Shown piece by piece: positions 13,301-49,409 of a stretch of 64,000 nt of DNA. Source of the stretch: Bugula neritina. Taxonomy: Eukaryota > Animalia > Bryozoa. Position 1 is the stretch's first letter, and each line of letters begins with the position of its first letter. Location of the stretch: assembly GCA_964035545.1 (NCBI GenBank), contig OZ037772.1, forward strand, positions 5,212,233 through 5,276,232, written 5' to 3'. A model generated the notes under the pieces. The model had not been told where the DNA came from and searched no databases. It saw only the letters and a list, made by a program, of their open reading frames with translations. The translations under genes and the position numbers were made by a program.

Positions 13301-16300
13301 TCTTTTAAAAGTTTTGGGCTAAAGTGAAAAGTACCGCCTTTTTACAAAAGTGTAAAATAAAATTAGTAAATTATGTTATTACTGAAGATACCTGCATCAG
13401 TGTATACTGCGTCGCCCTAGCTAGAAGGGGAATGCAACTGACGAAAATGGGTAATATTATGGTGGGTAGTCATTGGGCAATAGTCATACAGTAAGCGCTA
13501 GTTGATCGGTAATAACTGAACACAGGAATGTCTTGTTCAGTCTGTGTGGGAAATACAGTCCTAGCTCTTTTTGTGGTAGTCTTTGATAGACAAAACTGTT
13601 CAAGTACTTGTTATTGTTATCCCCATTGTGTGAGGGTGTCTTGCTTGTTTGAGAGTGAGTCCTAAAGTTGGCTTGCTTGGCAGAGTCAAGAGCTACATGT
13701 TGCTCTTATTTTATCAAAATCTTTAGAATTAGAAGTCTGTCTTTTCCATCTGGTCTGTAGGCAGAGTTTCACGGTGACACGACATTTCACAAATGTCAAT
13801 TCAAAAACACCTATTTCGAAAAAGACAATTCCCAAATTGACAATTTCCAAATTGACAATAATTATTAATAAATTGACTTTTAGAAAAAAGACATTTCTAA
13901 AAATGACATTTCACAAATGATACGGCCCAGTCGGGTGTGAGCTCGACCGGGTCGAGAATAAGTTCATATAAACGTGGGCAATTGCAGATCGGGACTGTTT
14001 GGTAGCTAACACTACTTCCGTGATAGCCTAACTCATACGGGGTTTATATTTGTTGCTGAAAGCTTTAAATCTTGTCAAGTTTAAGTTGAAATAATTACTA
14101 CTTATTTACTTTTACTTTTATACTTGTATTATTGCGTGATGTTACTATGTACATTATATGTAATTTAATTTTATTAACCGTATTTCATAAGTTAAAACTG
14201 AAAAGTAAGAAGAAAATGAAACACGGTTAATAAAATTAAATTACATATAATGTACATAGTAACATCACGCAATAATACAAGTATAAAAGTAAAAGTAAAT
14301 AAGTAGTAATTATTTCAACTTAAACTTGACAAGATTTAAAGCTTTCAGCAACAAATATAAACCCCGTATGAGTTAGGCTATCACGGAAGTAGTGTTAGCT
14401 ACCAAACAGTCCCGATCTGCAATTGCCCACGTTTATATGAACTTATTCTCGACCCGGTCGAGCTCACACCCGACTGGGCCGTATCATTTGTGAAATGTCA
14501 TTTTTAGAAATGTCTTTTTTCTAAAAGTCAATTTATTAATTGTCAATTTGGAAATTGTCAATTTGGGAATTGTCTTTTTCGAAATAGGTGATTTTGAATT
14601 GTCATTTGTGAAATGTCGCGGATTCGAGTTTCACAGCTATGACACTCTCAACATCTTCGCCCTATCTGACACCCTTGGTGATATTCTAGCATATTCCTAT
14701 TTGTAGATGTATGTATGCCTAATCCGTGCCCACAACCCACTTATCAAACCTGTTTTCCTATAAACAATGAAGGTCATGAATGCAGGGGTAAATAAATTTT
14801 TACTCTAGTAATAGCTGAAGTGATATAACCAGATAGATTAACTATATTGATGGATTGGGATAATTAGGCCTGTATTGTAAAAACTTATTTTGAACAGCCT
14901 ATGTAAAAATAACAACTTTAATATTTTCAAGCCAATACAAAGAGAGATTCTATCAAAATTTCAGAGTTTGGCTTCAATGTTCTTTGAATATTGAATGTTG
15001 GTGTGAAACATATATTAACATTTTCTGATTGATGATTGGGTGTTTAGAAAACATACTGATGAAGATCCAAAGGTCAACAGGAAATGCTTGTAGAAATAAT
15101 GATGACTGTAATGGAATCTCTCTCTCCGAATGCACAAATGGAGAATGTGTCTGTATTGCGGGGGCCACGGTTACTGACATGAGTGGTCAAAACTGTGAGC
15201 TAAACGCCGGTAAGTTTAAAATAAGTTTCACTGCCGAGATTTGAAGCTTTAAAATATTATTTGCTTCTGGAAAATAATTTTACCCCCACTGGAAATCGAA
15301 CTCGAGACCGAGATCACTTTACTGGAGCCTCTGCATGTCTCAGACATTATTGGCTAAAATATTGAGCCAATCAATAACTTGCAAAAGAAGGATCTAAATG
15401 CCTTAAAGGATTGCTCTATCTTAGTTTATTACAATCACATTATAATTATGAACTATAATCTAATGTGTATGCAAACAATTGTGACTTTGCAAAAGGATAT
15501 ATGCCTAGAAAACAGCTTTTCAAAATTCCAATTTTGAGGGAGGTAAAATTTTCAGCCATGAAAAAGAATAGCCTAATACGTGACGTGTGAACGCCAGTAA
15601 CTATGCTGCACGTGCTAACTATAACGCTAGTATTCAAGGTTGCTGAGCGCAACATCAACCAATAACGCTCAAGCAGTTACAGTGCGCTATATAGGTCAGC
15701 TTTGGTGTGCCCGTAATATTGCACAATCTGACCTAGTTTAGATCGATCGCAGGCATTCATCCTTAAGAATGCATGTTTTTGCAATGCTTTTTTCTATGTT
15801 TACAAGCAAAGTATGGCCTAATGTTATCACATACATGTTATTTAACATGTCAAAAAACTATAGATTGAGATAATTCACATTTGCACTTCTATAAATATAC
15901 AAATTACGAGCTGAAAGATCACATCTCACAGTCATATTTCTATAGTTATTCATTTGTATAGTCACGTGACCAGCAGGAATGCTGGCGCTGTTACGTCACA
16001 TTTCCCAGCTCATTTCAAAATCGGCGTTTTGGCTGTTATCAATCTACACCCTCAACTTCAACTAACTTTTTCTACCTTTGGTCAAATGCTTTTTGTCAAT
16101 GCATGCTTAGAAAAACACAATATTATGTGTGTTTGACCTAAATGGCCATTTATTAGACAAGATAGAGCAATCCTTTAAAGGTCACTTAACAAAAACCTCA
16201 TTCACTTAGAGAAAGCCAATCCCAGTATGAGCTGCCCATTACTCTTTTGTGGGTCTACATTTCAGCTGCCTGTTTGATGCAGAGTGATTGTGAGTTAATC

Positions 16301-16628
16301 GCCAATGACATACTATGTCAGTCGGAGATTGAGTTTGGGGAGCGACAGTCGCACTGCCGGTGTGCTAACAGCAGCATAGCCAACTACACCACTGGACTGT
16401 GTATATCTTCAGCTAAACTCCAAGCTATGATGATTCAGAAAGAAAATGAAGGCAAGCCAAAAGTTTTTATAACTGCGAAAAAAATGTACAGTGTTCCCTC
16501 CGTAGCTCATGGTTTCCTCTAACACGAAAGGCTATAGGTTACAAGAAGGATTTGGACCCTAGCTTTTTAGCTTGTGTGTGCAGGTGTGTGCAGGTGTGTG
16601 CAGGTGTGTGCAGGTGTGTGCGTGTGTG

Positions 16629-16696
<68 letters not shown>

Positions 16697-19312
16697 TGTG
16701 TGAGTGTAGAGGGGAAATGATCATGTAACGGATTTGTGATTTAAGTCTAGTATTCTACTGAATTGAGGTTCCGGATCCCATAACTTAGTGAGATACGGAG
16801 GGAGCACTTCAAGATAAATTAGATTTGATATGAGTTACTGTAAGTACTCTTACCTAGCCTATATATGTATGTTCATCAGAGTGAAGTCGTAGGACTTGAA
16901 GTATTGATATGTAGAATCGGTATTCATCGATATAAAAGTGTGAAAGAATCAAACACATGCAGGAGAAAAGCACTTCATTTAAGTTTGGCTAAACTTAAAT
17001 GAACATATACAAACTTTTTTGGTTAAAATAGTGTGTACAAAATAAGGATTAATTGTAAAAGAGAAAAGAGAATAAATAAGGTTAAGAAATATTGTTTAAT
17101 TTGCTTCTTTGGCAGCTTTAGCAAGCACCATCAGGTTAGAGGTCCATTCTTTTCATTGATTTGTATGATAACTTTGTCCTTCTGTACTCTAAACCTAATA
17201 AAGTTAGTGTAATCAAGACAAATCAAATTTTCTGCTAATTGAAGAAAACGTTCTCTCTCGCACTCATTATAATACTTATATAAAAACTTTTTTCTTAGCA
17301 GGCTATTCTGAATATTTAGTTTAATAAAAATAATTTTCATTTGCCAGACTATCAAGCATTACTGAAGAATTTTGCACCTCTGATAGCTGGTGTGGCTCTG
17401 GTCATGGTTACGTTGTTTGTCTTTTTGGTGTATCAGGGTGTCACGTATTTCCGTAGTGAAGAGAAGTTACGCAATGAGTAAGTGTTAAGGCTTTTATAAA
17501 TCAAATAGCCAAGTTATACTCAACACATAACTAAGTAATACTCAACATATAACTAAGTAATACTCAACATATAACTAAGTAATACTCAACACATAACTAA
17601 GTAATACTCATGTACACTGTCCAAGCTCTAAGTACCTTTAAAGCACCAACTACTTTTGGCAGATTAGACTTAACCAGTCAGGTCTGGGCGACGGATTTGG
17701 AAAACCCGGAGGAAGTTGAAAAGTTGTCCCCAAAAGAAATGTTTGAAGGGCCCTATGAGTGAGTTCTTTATAATACTAGTGTACCTATGGTGACAACTCA
17801 ACTCTAGATCTTCAAATAAAAAGGTGTAAATTCTATAACTTATATTCTATACCAGGGTGGGAAGCTTCTTCTTCATGAGTTCAAAAGTCAGCCATAACTA
17901 GGAGCCGTATGATAACACACATTTTATATTTTACTATGATGAAGTAATTTGTCACCAAACCTAAACTATGGTTATTAGAATGCATAAACAGTTTTATCTT
18001 AAGCATTAAAAGGCTGCTGAAAATGGGCTAAAGGCCACAGGTGGCCCTCAGTTGCCACCCCTGATGTAGATAATTTGCCTAACATGGTGTTATTTTACAA
18101 GTCTAAATGTGTGTGCATGCACTGGCAGGTTTGTTTGCACATTAAGCCTAGGGCCACACGGTGCGTATTTTCGCATGCGAAAATTGAAATCACGAGTAGC
18201 AAAGGTGTCCACTGTAGCGTCAGTGATGCGTGAAAAATAAAGCATTCATTTTTAAATCGCACTCGCTTTCAATAAAACGCAATTTACTGGAATGTAGCAC
18301 TAAAATAAAGAAATTGGGCTCGCTGAATAACTACCAGCCAATTAGGTGACGACGACAGAGATGATTCGCACTTGCGTTGAAAATGCAGAGCGACAAGTGC
18401 GAATGTTTTCTCAACGCGCACAGTGGACACCTTTGCTACTTGTGATTTCAATTTTCGCATGCGAAAATTCGCACCGTGTGGCCCTAGGCTAACTGACATA
18501 GTTGGAAATATATTGCATCATAAACTTTTAGTGTAGGGATTATGACATAGTATAGTTTCAGAAGCAGGGACACTGAAATGTTATTCAGTGATACCAAGGT
18601 CTACCAACATACTCCAGCAAATTATTCCATTGCTATCTGTTTTATAAACTACAAATTTACCTCAATATTCTCGTAGTATATAGCTAAGTTTATTTTTAGG
18701 GAAACGAAATACACAGAACTTTATTTTAATGAGAGGAATGGAGGCAATCCAACTGATTATGTGAAAGAAGGTGCCATCAACTCTGACAAACTCAGTGAAG
18801 AAGAAACCAACAACGGACAAGCTTTAACCAAACTGAGCTACGAGTCTGAAGAGAAGGATAACAGTGAGAGCCAACAGTTACCAGACTCTGAACAGATGGA
18901 GCCTTCAACGTCCCAGAACAATGAACCCAATATTGAGAGGACAACTCCAAGGCGACACACAGAGCCAGCGATTCCTACTTATAATAATCCGACCACCTTA
19001 GAAGATGTGATAGAGATTGCAGAAGCGTCTGAAAATAAAACCAGTGAAGAGCCAAAGGAGCGATGGGCCAGGGCATTGGATTACGCAAGGCTAAACAGAA
19101 CTCCTAATGAAAGCAAGGATAATGAAGATGCGACGATTCAGGGACATGACAATTCAGGGCCTATGGCAGGAGCGCAAGGGTTCAACACATCCAAACTGTC
19201 GCGAATCATGAATAGCACACGATCCAGAAAAATTTGGAGAGAAAAGATAAAGCAGATAAGAGATATGGAGAAGCTGCAGAGTTTAATGCGCGCCCATAGA
19301 GGGTCCATATGA
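4350..19312 (+). CDS. Multi-exon type-I membrane mucin-like protein (discoidin/F-lectin-like N-terminal exons, PTS domain, EGF and EB-like Cys modules, TM, cytoplasmic tail); 5' end unresolved
   Basis: GT-AG exons, mostly phase 1, at approximately 4350-4559, 5135-5263, 5873-6110, 6676-6906, 7275-7490, 8629-8862, 8971-9174, 9765-12764, 13091-13294, 14708-14788, ~15073-15209, ~16266-16450, 17349-17477, 17663-17758 and 18700-19312. EGF pattern CDCQSGYYGEDC / CLNGGMC..CFCLQGFSGVDC; hydrophobic FAPLIAGVALVMVTLFVFLVYQGV; LELEVYG-type exon ends suggest the galactose-binding-like fold (inference). Confidence 0.75.
7634..7947 (-). mobile_element. TRIM-like element: tRNA-like unit A (7842-7947), 105-bp spacer, tRNA-like unit B (7634-7736)
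   Basis: Overall TG...CA ends; perfect 5-bp TSD TCAGG (7629-7633 / 7948-7952); purine-rich GAACTGGGTGGGA directly precedes the TG of the second unit on the - strand. Confidence 0.8.
9224..9436 (+). mobile_element. tRNA-headed SINE, full-length
   Basis: A-box TGGTCTAGGG and B-box GGTTCGAACC; flanking direct repeat TTTATTTATACTAAAT (~16 bp); homologous to the copies at 41557, 47325, 58115 and 61596. Confidence 0.85.
9590..9697 (-). mobile_element. tRNA-like TG...CA cassette, A-type unit (108 bp)
   Basis: TG/CA ends; 5-bp TSD CTTTG (9585-9589 / 9698-9702); homologous to 1869-1973. Confidence 0.85.
10170..11540 (+). repeat. Coding tandem repeat in the mucin exon, 234-bp / 78-aa period, ~5 degenerate units
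   Basis: ACTGATACyTCAACnACAGATGGTGAA recurs at 10406, 10640 and 10874; the peptide TNQLTTTDS and spaced Trp residues recur. Confidence 0.9.
13773..14625. mobile_element. Mutator/Foldback-like non-autonomous element (853-bp near-perfect palindrome)
   Basis: ~410-bp inverted arms around a 27-nt loop (14189-14215); 9-bp TSD GAGTTTCAC (13764-13772 / 14626-14634); subterminal GACATTTC/GACAATT repeats. Confidence 0.88.
15268..15310 (-). mobile_element. Truncated fragment of the tRNA-like TG...CA cassette
   Basis: TGGAAAATAATTTTACCCCCACTGGAAATCGAACTCGAGACC matches the family end. Confidence 0.6.
15407..16174. mobile_element. TTAA-target non-autonomous DNA transposon (Kolobok-like)
   Basis: 16-bp perfect TIR AGGATTGCTCTATCTT / AAGATAGAGCAATCCT flanked by TTAA on both sides; AG...CT termini fit Kolobok better than piggyBac. 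Confidence 0.75.
16574..16702. repeat. (GTGTGCAGGT)n + (GTGC)n microsatellite
   Basis: Direct reading. Confidence 0.95.
18146..18489. mobile_element. PIF/Harbinger MITE, 344 bp
   Basis: Same TIR, TAA TSD and length as 2423-2766. Confidence 0.88.
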
Positions 19313-20353
19313 GACCAGCAGTCCCTGCTTCGACAGTCGATTGGAGGAAACATTTTGGCTACTTCTGACTTTGGATACCATCGCGAAACTCATACACAAC
19401 TTCTCTTTTAATTAATAGCCAGTAACTCAAACCATAAAATATGCATTGTACATTGTCGCATAAGATTTGCTTGCAAATACAATAAGAGTTGTGTGCAAAT
19501 ATTTGATGTTGACCAGTAATAATAGTAACAACTAGAACTTGTTGGTGGGAAGAAACAACTCCAATATTGATATAAATTTCATGGTTTGTTATATTTCAAC
19601 GTTCTACTGTACAAGATGTAAAATGCATTCAATACAATGATGATAACTTGGAAATCTCTACAAATTTGTTTTTCTCACTCTGTGAGATATTTTGAGAGAT
19701 TTAAACCAGTTAAACTACAAAAGTATAACTAAACAGTAAAGCGTACACGAAGCATAATTATAAATGAAAACAATAATTTTATAACAAGAGAAAAGAGAGG
19801 CACAAAAAGTGTCTGCCACGACAAGGATTTACAAGAGTTACGTTACGGTGTCGCACTCACGCTGTGGCACATTCACACCATGATGCAGTTTCATCGGCAC
19901 TCAAAAACTAGGTCACGCTCGAGTGCGCAAATAGGTCAACGTAGCACCAGCTACGTAGAGGAAGCTAGTGCTGATCTAAACTATTTACAGATAAAAATTT
20001 GACAAGCAAGACAGGTGCCTGTATGTGTGTGTTGTATGCACACTAGTTGAGCTTTGCTGGCAGAGCAGATACATGTCAGTATCTCTACACTGATTGGCCA
20101 AAGTTATATGACAAAAACAAACACTAATAACATAATAATAGAGGATGTAGATAAAACCAAGGGAGATAATAAGAGTCACACTAAGCGGGTCAGGTGGCAG
20201 TCTACAGCCATACTGACGAGTGGGGCAGGTGTTGGCAGGTGTCACAAGTGCTTGACAAGCCTGCATTCACAGTGTTTACAGCATAACGTCACATTGCTCA
20301 TTATTGTTAGCATCACCATCCAGTGCAGGTGATGAAAGGAGGCAGGTGATTGG

Positions 20354-43225
<22,872 letters not shown>

Positions 43226-45854
43226 GGTGGGCGGACTTCATAGGTTAGCTGTGGTAAACCCCTTGGAACGGCACCTGACTAAAATAAAACAGGGTAATGA
43301 GCTGTGAGAAAACCAGGCTATGAGCTGTGAGCACTGGTCTAGGATCCTATGACCACTTAGTATGACTAGACCTTAAATTAAAAAACGCAATGCTCCCTCC
43401 ATATCTCACGGATTCATTGGACACACTATTCCACAGGTCACGAGAAAAGCTTGAACACCCAATTTGGGGTTTGTGCATGTGTGTTTAGAGACCAAATTGC
43501 CATATTTAACGGATTCGTTCGTTAAATCTGGTATTCCAATGTCACAAATTGAGGGTTCAGGAGCACTGAAGTGTACCACAAAAGAACTGTAAAGTTGGCT
43601 GAACAATGAAGTTAATGCTCAAGGTGAATAATTGTTCATTCTAAAAATTCTTAGAACAAGAAAAGTGACTTTAGAGTGACTTTGTTGGAAAAAAACTCGA
43701 CTGAAAAGCATCAAAAACTAAAATTACAAGAAGATTCTAACTTGAATCTGAAACTATGCATTAACAGTGTAACTAGTTTACTATTATTTTATTACTTTTT
43801 TCACTAATAATTGCTAGCAATTAAAGTTAATGATGACTGGGTATAAAATTCGATTTTGTCACAAGCCTAGATTTCCGAATTTGCATTAGTTACAATTTTA
43901 GTGAGATATGTTACATCAGCAACACTTTAACTAAAAAAAGCACAAAAGAAGTAACCAACAATGTTGGGTTTTGGGTTTGCTAACTATCAAACTATCTAAC
44001 TATTGAAGCTATCTGTCTAGTTTCAATATTAAGTAAAAATACCAGTAAACCAGTAATACAGACAACACTAACATTTGAATTTAGAATTCAGAGGTTTACT
44101 TTATAATTAACAGAAGTCATGAGTAATTCAAAACAGCATTACTGTGATTTAATTTTAACTCAAACATCAACAAATAAGGATGTTGGTAACTGTAATTACA
44201 ATGTAATGGCGACATCCCAAAACAATTACAAAAATAAATAAAACCACAAACTCTAAATCCCAACTTCAACAAGAAGTTGCAATAGTATTTACTGCTTGGT
44301 CTAGTCAAAAAACGACCACATTTATTAAAAGATAGTTCCTATGATTGCTAAATTTGGTACAGATGAATAGTAGAATATGACAATATCACCACTTTTTTCA
44401 GCTCTTACACCCACATTGGTTCATATTCGTAGAATATTAATATCAAATTCAATATCAATATGACTAAAAATAAGATATTAAAAGTAAAAATAATAGTAAT
44501 AGTAATACTAATACAACACTACAAGTACATCACTGTCAAAATAATTATAATAATCATGATGGAAATGAAATCCTGATTTTAAAATGTAATATTGATATAT
44601 TCATTTCGTATGAGCGCCACTCACACTAAAATAAAAATTCATAATGACTGTGAGTGTAGTTCACTACTTCAAGTTGAGTTGTACAACCCAAAGTCAAACG
44701 TCTGAACTTGAAGTTATGAGTAAAACTACCACTACTACTAGTACTAGTACTAACTGTTGATGCAAATAATCTCAATACCATAACCACAACAGACTACATG
44801 TAATGCTAAAGCTTAACACTTGAATAAATTCAAATTGGAATAAGTTGAAACTGAAAGTGCAAAGTTAGTACAACTAAATCAATATTAAATATGGCAAGCC
44901 GTAATTTTGCAAGTTAAATAGAAAAAGGTGAATATTCATGGTACTTACATCGGACCGTTCTATGGGCTAGAGAGCCTACAAAAATGTGATGTGCGTCAAG
45001 GGGTATATTCTTTCTCAGAAGAGAAAGATGGATGATGATAAATTTTAGTATTGAGAAAATTCGCTGGTTAGACAAAAGCGACAAACCTAGAACTGACACC
45101 CACAATTCCTTGCAATTTCCTCATAGCAGCCTAATTATCAAGCTCTAACGAGGTGGTCAACGCTATACATTCAAAAGACTAAATGAAAATTTATCTAGTT
45201 TGTTAGCGAGTCAAAGTATTTTATTTCTCATCGAAACGCTGAAAATAAAAATTCAATCACACTGATACATTATGATTATGATTATCATTATGATTAAGTT
45301 TAACATCCTGACATTTAAATATTATCTTTAAGTTTATGGGCTAGCAATTTTATTAAAAGTAGGTAAACGCCAAGCATTTTATTTTTATTTTTTTATTAAA
45401 TAAAGTTAACTGATATTTCAGACACTACTAGTACTAGTAGTAGTACTACTAGTACTTTCACTTTGTGATTGTCCATCCTGATCCTGAGAGTGAGAGTTGT
45501 ACATTCTCATTGTGATTGTCATTGTGACAATCAGTATCAGTGATTGTGATTAACATTTAGTGATTACATTTACAATTACTTATTACTTATAGTTTAAGTT
45601 ATAGTTATACTTAATAAGTTATAGTTATGGTGTCATCCCAGATAGACTCTTCCCAGCTAGACGCTAGACTAAATTTCCCACTTACTCTTAGACGCTTCCC
45701 ACATAGACGCTTCCCAGTTCGACGCTATTTATTTATTTTGGTGCAATATATATTCTACTTGCAATTTCTTTGCATCTTTTTGAAATATTTTTAAATACTT
45801 CAACATATTTCAACAAATCCTTTTATTCACCACACAGTTAACAGTGTCAGCATT

Positions 45855-46010
45855 ATCCTATGCTGCTGCCGGTTTCACTAAAGATTCACATCTCTTCAAT
45901 TCCTCGAAATAAAAGTTAACTCTGTAAAAAATGGGTTAACCAGGGCAGGTTTCAAGCTTTCTACAGATAGTCATTTGTGCTACGAGCATTTCAAAGAAGA
46001 TGACATTGCT
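45855..46010 (+). pseudogene. Degenerate THAP zinc-finger fragment
   Basis: Frame-broken translation IPRNKS*LCKKWV / GFKLSTDSHLCYEHFKEDDI shows the THAP P..W..LCxxHF signature. Confidence 0.55.
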
Positions 46011-47324
46011 AACTCTTGCCAAAGTCGACACAGGCGCAGCTCTTGTTGCAAATTTAATGATGTTTTTATTTACAATTACATTTTTACTACTGATTTATCA
46101 GATTTAGTGTAAATAATATCCTATACTTCTATACTGAGATTTTAGCCCTAAGTGACCCAAATACATGCAACTAGTTGTATTTTAACTGAAATCATTTTAA
46201 CTACCGAGTTTATAAGGATATAGCTGAGGGATGTTATCTCACACTTGTGCACATCAAAGGAGCACCAGATGCTTTGCTATATTGAGCTAAGAAATGTTGC
46301 CAACATCTGATGTTAAACCACACTGGTTCATGATACTCAGTTCCATCTAGCTTATAACCACCTGGAGTGCCTAATAAACATATCAAAAGTGTATCAAAAA
46401 GAATTACTGTCGATCAGAAATATGTTTGCCTCTCCATAAACTGAATTAATTACTGTACTATATTGTTTCATTTGGAGTTTTCTTTTATTTATTCTAGCAT
46501 GGTTCTTGAGAGAAATGTAGCGGTGGTTCCTATCTCGCAACAGTATGTTGCTACATTGAGCTCTCATACACTTTCTCATGAGTTTCCTGATTTAGCAGAC
46601 AGGGTATTGGCAATAAGGAAAGAGCTGCTATTTAAATAGAGGTATGCCCCAACTAGCTATGCAGTGCTCCCTCCATATTGCACAGTTTCCTTTTTCACGA
46701 AATGCAATAGTAATAGTGATTGCTATACTTTGCAGTAACTATAAAGCTTTTGGCATGCTATCACACAAGTGAATAATTCGAACCGACTTAATGTTTAGCT
46801 GCTGATAATAATGCCTTTTTTTCTAACATAGAGAAATACAACTGTTTCACCTACAGGTCTAGAGGCGGAGGTGAAATAGGGAGTTCAAGGTGTGATAACT
46901 TCCAATCTTGTGAAATTTACTCTTCTACCACTACCAAAGGTAAAAACTCGCTAATAGTCATCTTATTACATGCATATTTTTCATCACTGATATTGTTACT
47001 AATATAACTCTTTACCACTGACACTATTACTAAATTTCACCCTTCATCACTGATACTAAATTATACTAATATAACTCTTCATCACTGATACTAAATTATA
47101 CTAATATAACTCTTCATCACTGATACTAAATTACTAAATACTCTTTACTTTTTATCACTCTACCTCTTACTAAATATAGGTTTTCATCAAATATAACTCT
47201 ATGTTATATTTGATTTGACTTTAAGTAAGAAGCATGTGTTTGTACCTCTTTAAGAACTCCTGAGAGTGAGGGTTTTATACTAGTCTAAGAATACCGCCAG
47301 GCTTTGATGACTTTGGCAAACAGA

Positions 47325-47406
47325 AGTCCTCCCGACATCACCAATAATCAGGATTTGAACCTATGATTAGTCTAGTTATCTAACCACTAGACCACGTCTG
47401 CTCCCT
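47325..47406 (-). mobile_element. Degenerate 5' fragment of the tRNA-headed SINE
   Basis: CATCACCAAT...TTGAACC...TAGACCACG.CTGCTCCCT matches the family head. Confidence 0.6.
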
Positions 47407-48240
47407 TCCCCTAAATATCGTATTAGAATATGCTTATCTTTTATTAAAGCAGTTACTAGCATTGTTAGTCTGTTTTGCTCTTACTTTTTGATCACAATGT
47501 TGTGTTGCACAGGGATGCAGCCGTGTGAAGGGAAGATTTCAGCTATGGATGTCTACAATGGAGTACACAGTGACTCACGTAGCAGAGGGGCTCTGCGAAG
47601 GTTGTGGGACTGGGGAAGGCATCTCTTGGCTCACTCACTGTCGAAGCAGCCTGGGAAATTCTAAGGCTATTGAATAAACAGAAAGTTAGGCTAAAGGCTA
47701 ACCTGACTCACGAGTTAAAAGGTCACAGAGAGTGAAGTTGTAAGAGTTTTCTTAGCCTAACACCATGTATTGGAGAGAGGGCAATTCCCTAATGCACAAC
47801 TTGAACGGCCTCTTTCTTTGGTGTACTATATGTGTAATTTGTATTTATTATTATTATTCATTCATATCTGTATATGTGATATACAATCTGTATTATGCAA
47901 ACTTTTGTGAAACATGATCAGTATACACTATTTCGAAATGAGACAATAAATTTAATTGTGAACCTAGAATAAAACACAACACTATATTATATTGCTTTAA
48001 TACAGCACTATATAGTACTTTAATACAGCACGTCTCGTCTCCTGCTTTGCATGTGTCGAGTCTATTAGAAAGACAACTCTCACATTTATTCAGGTCCCAG
48101 CAATATACATAATATATAAGAATATAATTAAGTCAATCACACTACTCAGTGCTATTAGAAGCTGACTTCAAATAGAATATTATCCAGTGCAACAACTCTA
48201 AGGGAATTATCTGCTCTACAAGTTGGCTTCAAAATCTCCA

Positions 48241-48490
48241 CAATGTCATACAGTATTACACAACGTCATTCAGTATTACACAACACCGTACAGTATCACG
48301 CAGTGTTATACAGTATTACAATGTCATACAGTATTACACAGCGTAATACAGTATCACACAATGTCATACAGTATTACAGTGCCTTACAGTATTACATATA
48401 ATATCATACAGTATAACACAATGTCATACCGTATTACACAATCTCATACAATATTACAATATCATACAGTATTACAGGGTCATATAGTAT
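48241..48490. repeat. (CAATGTCATACAGTATTACA)-type satellite
   Basis: Direct reading; reverse-complement copy at ~58800-58975. Confidence 0.88.
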
Positions 48491-49305
48491 AGCTAATGCA
48501 CTTGGTGTTTGGGTCTACAGCACAAGTTAATATTATTACATAAATTGCACGTTGAAAGCCTGCACATGAAAAATTAATATAATTTTATTGTAACTGTATT
48601 GCAATCGAAAAACAACTTTCATATAGAAACGCTACAGAGCTTGTATGTGGTTTACTGTTATTATGTATATAAAATTAAATTACCACGCAGCTATGATGTA
48701 TGAAATTATATGTGATAGTATATAATCTATCTATGCGCTGTTCTCTTAGGAGACATAAGCTATCACTACTCTTATTGTATGAACCATTGATGGTCTTTTT
48801 TCCTTCTTACGTTTGTTTTCATATATAGCTGTTCAGGTGATCAATAAACATCTTAGTATTGTGAAAAATTGATTATATACATTTTTGAAGCTATTGTTTA
48901 TAACTTCTACCATTGTCTACTAGGTAACTGTTGGACTGTGTTTACTCACTCATCTATATTTGTCTTTTTCAGTCCCTCCCTCTCCTCAGTAGTTTGTACT
49001 GTGTGAGCTCACGATGTTGTAATGTGTAGTCACCATGCAATTTATATTCCAGTATTTGCTATCAATTAGACTCAGCAATCTGGGAAGCTAAAGAGCCCAG
49101 GTTCTTTGATTTACCTACTTTTGTTTCTTCTCATAAGAAAATAACAAGTTTTGGTGCCGTTTTTCAACTAGTTTCTTCATTACTTTATTTTCTTTCTGTA
49201 AAGAAGTTGTTGAAGACCTTTTTCGTCAGATGATGTATTATAGTACTCCATAAACAGATAAGAGTGTCGACTGTTCACGTAAAGTTCAACCAATCCAAGT
49301 CAGTT

Positions 49306-49409
49306 TGTAAAGTTTTTTCGCTTCGATGGGATTCTAACCTGAAACCTTCAGCTTGCAAGCAGGCATGCTAACCATTACTATAGGACCACTGGGTGATTTC
49401 AATGCTATA
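49306..49409 (-). mobile_element. tRNA-like TG...CA cassette, degenerate A-type unit
   Basis: TGTAAA...GCTTGCAAGC...CTATA; 5-bp TSD CAGTT (49301-49305 / 49410-49414). Confidence 0.75.

Noticed and set aside
43388-43570. pogo/Tigger-like MITE remnants (TGCTCCCTCCATATC; related words near 16790 and 46662)
   Set aside because: Too decayed to define both ends or a TSD.
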